NCBI GenBank assembly: GCA_002189035.1
Contig: NEEC01000024.1
Span: forward strand, 62,001-126,000
Length of the DNA: 64,000 nt
Reading direction: 5' to 3'
Source of the DNA: Utricularia gibba
Taxonomy: Eukaryota > Plantae > Magnoliophyta
Below are positions 62,232-64,000 of the stretch, in pieces. The first letter of the stretch is position 1, and the number at the start of each line of letters is the position of its first letter. Made by a program: the position numbers and the translations under genes. The notes below the pieces were generated by a model. It was not told where the DNA came from. It saw only the letters and a program-made list of their open reading frames with translations, and searched no databases.

Positions 62232-63757
62232 CTACAGCAAAGCCTCGACCTCACCCACCCCCGGGGTTTCCTTGGCGGCCATGTGGGCGAGAACATAGAA
62301 TACCGCGTGCTCGCACGCCTCCTTCTTCTTGTGCGCGCATGTTCCGCTCCGCGCTGAGAATTCCCACCAATCCCCATTATGTCCACGAAGCTCTATACTT
62401 CTTTCAGCACAACTGATTCGTGCCCCATACTTCCCCAGCCACCTCAGTCCCAGAATCACATCGAATTCACCGACCTGTACCTCAATGAAGTCTGCCTCGC
62501 TGGTCATTTCCCCAAGTCTGAAACTTACCGCCCTATGTACTCTACAGCACATAAGACACCCACCTCCAGCTACCTCAACCCTTAGTCCCTGGCGGAGTTC
62601 TTCTCCTAACCTGCCTAGTCTCCTAACACACGTTCTCGACACAAAGCAATGCGTAGCTCCACAATCAAACAAAGCAGACACGTTCAAGTTGTCGAGAAGG
62701 AGTGTACCCGTGATGGTGCCACTGTCTTCTTCGGTGTTGGCCTTAGTGAGGTGAAAGATTCTTGCTCCAGCACGTCCCGTGGTCGCCCGTGTGGCATTGG
62801 TGACAGCCCCTAGGTTCGCGTTCAGCTTCCTTGGCTTCGGGCACTCCCGCGCCATGTGCCCTGCCTCACCACAGTTGTAGCACACTCGAGTTGTCAAGTA
62901 GCACGTACCCGTGTGTCTCCTACCACAAGTGGGGCAGAGGGGGCGTTCCCAATTAGTGGCTTCGTTCCTTCCCCCTCGGTTCACCACCGCAGCACCCTTT
63001 CTATCACCAAATGCTGTCCTCTTGACGCTCGCTTTGTCCTGTTCACGTAGTTCCGTTTCCACCATTACCGCAGCAGCTAGTAGGACGGTGAGATGTGTTG
63101 CAGGATACGGGGCAGCAATGCTTGGCGAAATTGTGTTATTTTCAGCCCTTCGTTGGTAGTGACTCCTAATAAAAACTGAGACAACTTCTGGAATCACGTG
63201 TGCAACTCTTGTACGCTCTCGTTGACCTCTTGAGTGAGGGTCACGAATTCGTTCATCTTCTGTGTTTTCACCACCTCTGGGTAGTAACGATCTAGGAACT
63301 CCTTTTGGAAGTCCTCCCATTAAGTTTCCCCTTCCAAGCCATTCATGCTAGTCCATCACTGCGCAGCATCACCCACCAGAAAATATTCAGCGACGGTGAC
63401 ACGGATGCTGGTTGGTGTTTCGTACAGTCTCATGTTCTGTGTCAGTTCCAACAGCTAGGCTTCCGCCTCGTCAGGTGTCCCTCCACCAAAGGTTGGCATG
63501 CGGGCTTTCTTTAGTCTTTCATACTGAGCACGCACCTGTTCTCCCAAGGACACAGATTGGTTCTCCTGATTGCCCCCACTCCCTTCGCCATTCCCACGGG
63601 CAGCATCTGCCACTGTGTTGGCCAATTGTTCAGCAGTGAAAGTATCCGCGGCCTAAGGGCGGGGTACATTCCTACGCGGAGCCCTAGTAGGAACGTTCGC
63701 TGGTACTTCTTCGTTACCTTCAGTCCTTGCTGCAATAGCTCTCGATCTAGTCCTCAT
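62232..63757 (-). pseudogene. Gag + protease, frameshifted
   Basis: Probable ATG at 63757 (MRTRSR); zinc knuckle CYNCGEAGHMAREC; LFDCGATHCF; FDVILGLRWL. Confidence 0.9.
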
Positions 63758-63882
63758 CCCTATCCTGTCACGGCACACCTTTGGTTAACACACTCATAAA
63801 CCATCTTGGAGTACCTGGCAGCGGCGGGGCAGCGAGGGGACCGGGTTTCCTATCCCTGTTCCCAACCCCAAAACTCAACCTG

Positions 63883-63894
63883 GCTCTGATACCA
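63883..63894 (-). promoter_or_regulatory. Primer-binding site (initiator Met tRNA)
   Basis: TGGTATCAGAGC 2 nt after the LTR end TGTTACA. Confidence 0.95.
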
Positions 63895-63896
63895 TT

Positions 63897-64000
63897 TGTA
63901 ACAACCCACGACCTGCACCCTAGACGCTAAGGCCATTACCGACACCTAACTCTCCGCGCTGGTGTCCCAATCATCATGAGGGTGGGTTAGGAACGTGGTT
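63897..64000 (-). repeat. Tekay 5' LTR, 3' end only
   Basis: CA terminus next to the PBS; continues beyond the window. Confidence 0.9.

Larger units (their letters stand above)
58490..64000 (-). mobile_element. Tekay/Del chromovirus LTR retrotransposon, decayed; 5' LTR runs off the window
   Basis: LTR end at 63897, Met PBS, gag-PR-RT-RH-INT with chromodomain-like tail, PPT, 3' LTR starting TGTAACACCCC at 59362. Confidence 0.95.

Noticed and set aside
26348-63799. Opposite-strand ORFs overlapping gag/pol (e.g. 29360-29896, 56330-56851, 53361-53948) and ORFs over LTRs
   Set aside because: Shadow frames of coding or GC-rich sequence with no recognisable motifs.
1-64000. Species identity or a named satellite family
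   Set aside because: I do not recognise the monomer with confidence, and NOP56 is too conserved to place the taxon without a database search.

Overview
Plant nuclear heterochromatin; nothing prokaryotic. Bases 1 to ~25.0 kb are a head-to-tail 315-bp satellite array (~80 monomers, 48% GC). The monomer is an old dimer of 157+158-bp subunits. The rest is a nest of decayed Ty3/Gypsy LTR retrotransposons: two Tekay/Del-type chromoviruses on the minus strand (26.1-31.7 kb and 58.5-64 kb), an internally deleted Athila plus extra Athila LTRs (36.0-42.2 kb), and a Tat/Retand element lacking RT (49.7-58.4 kb). The 3' five exons of NOP56 lie at 47.2-48.6 kb (minus). A repeat family I cannot classify, built from ~60-bp hairpin modules, is threaded between these (25.0-26.1, 31.7-32.4, 35.7-36.0, 43.5-43.7, 45.7-46.0, 49.35-49.66, 58.45-58.48 kb). 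Its ~0.9-kb unit contains an ancestral-looking copy of the satellite. Its modules also flank a stand-alone four-exon Transposase_28-like/coiled-coil gene with the same exon layout as the spliced antisense gene inside the Retand element. All alignments and identities are by eye, domain names come from motif recognition, and no database search was run.
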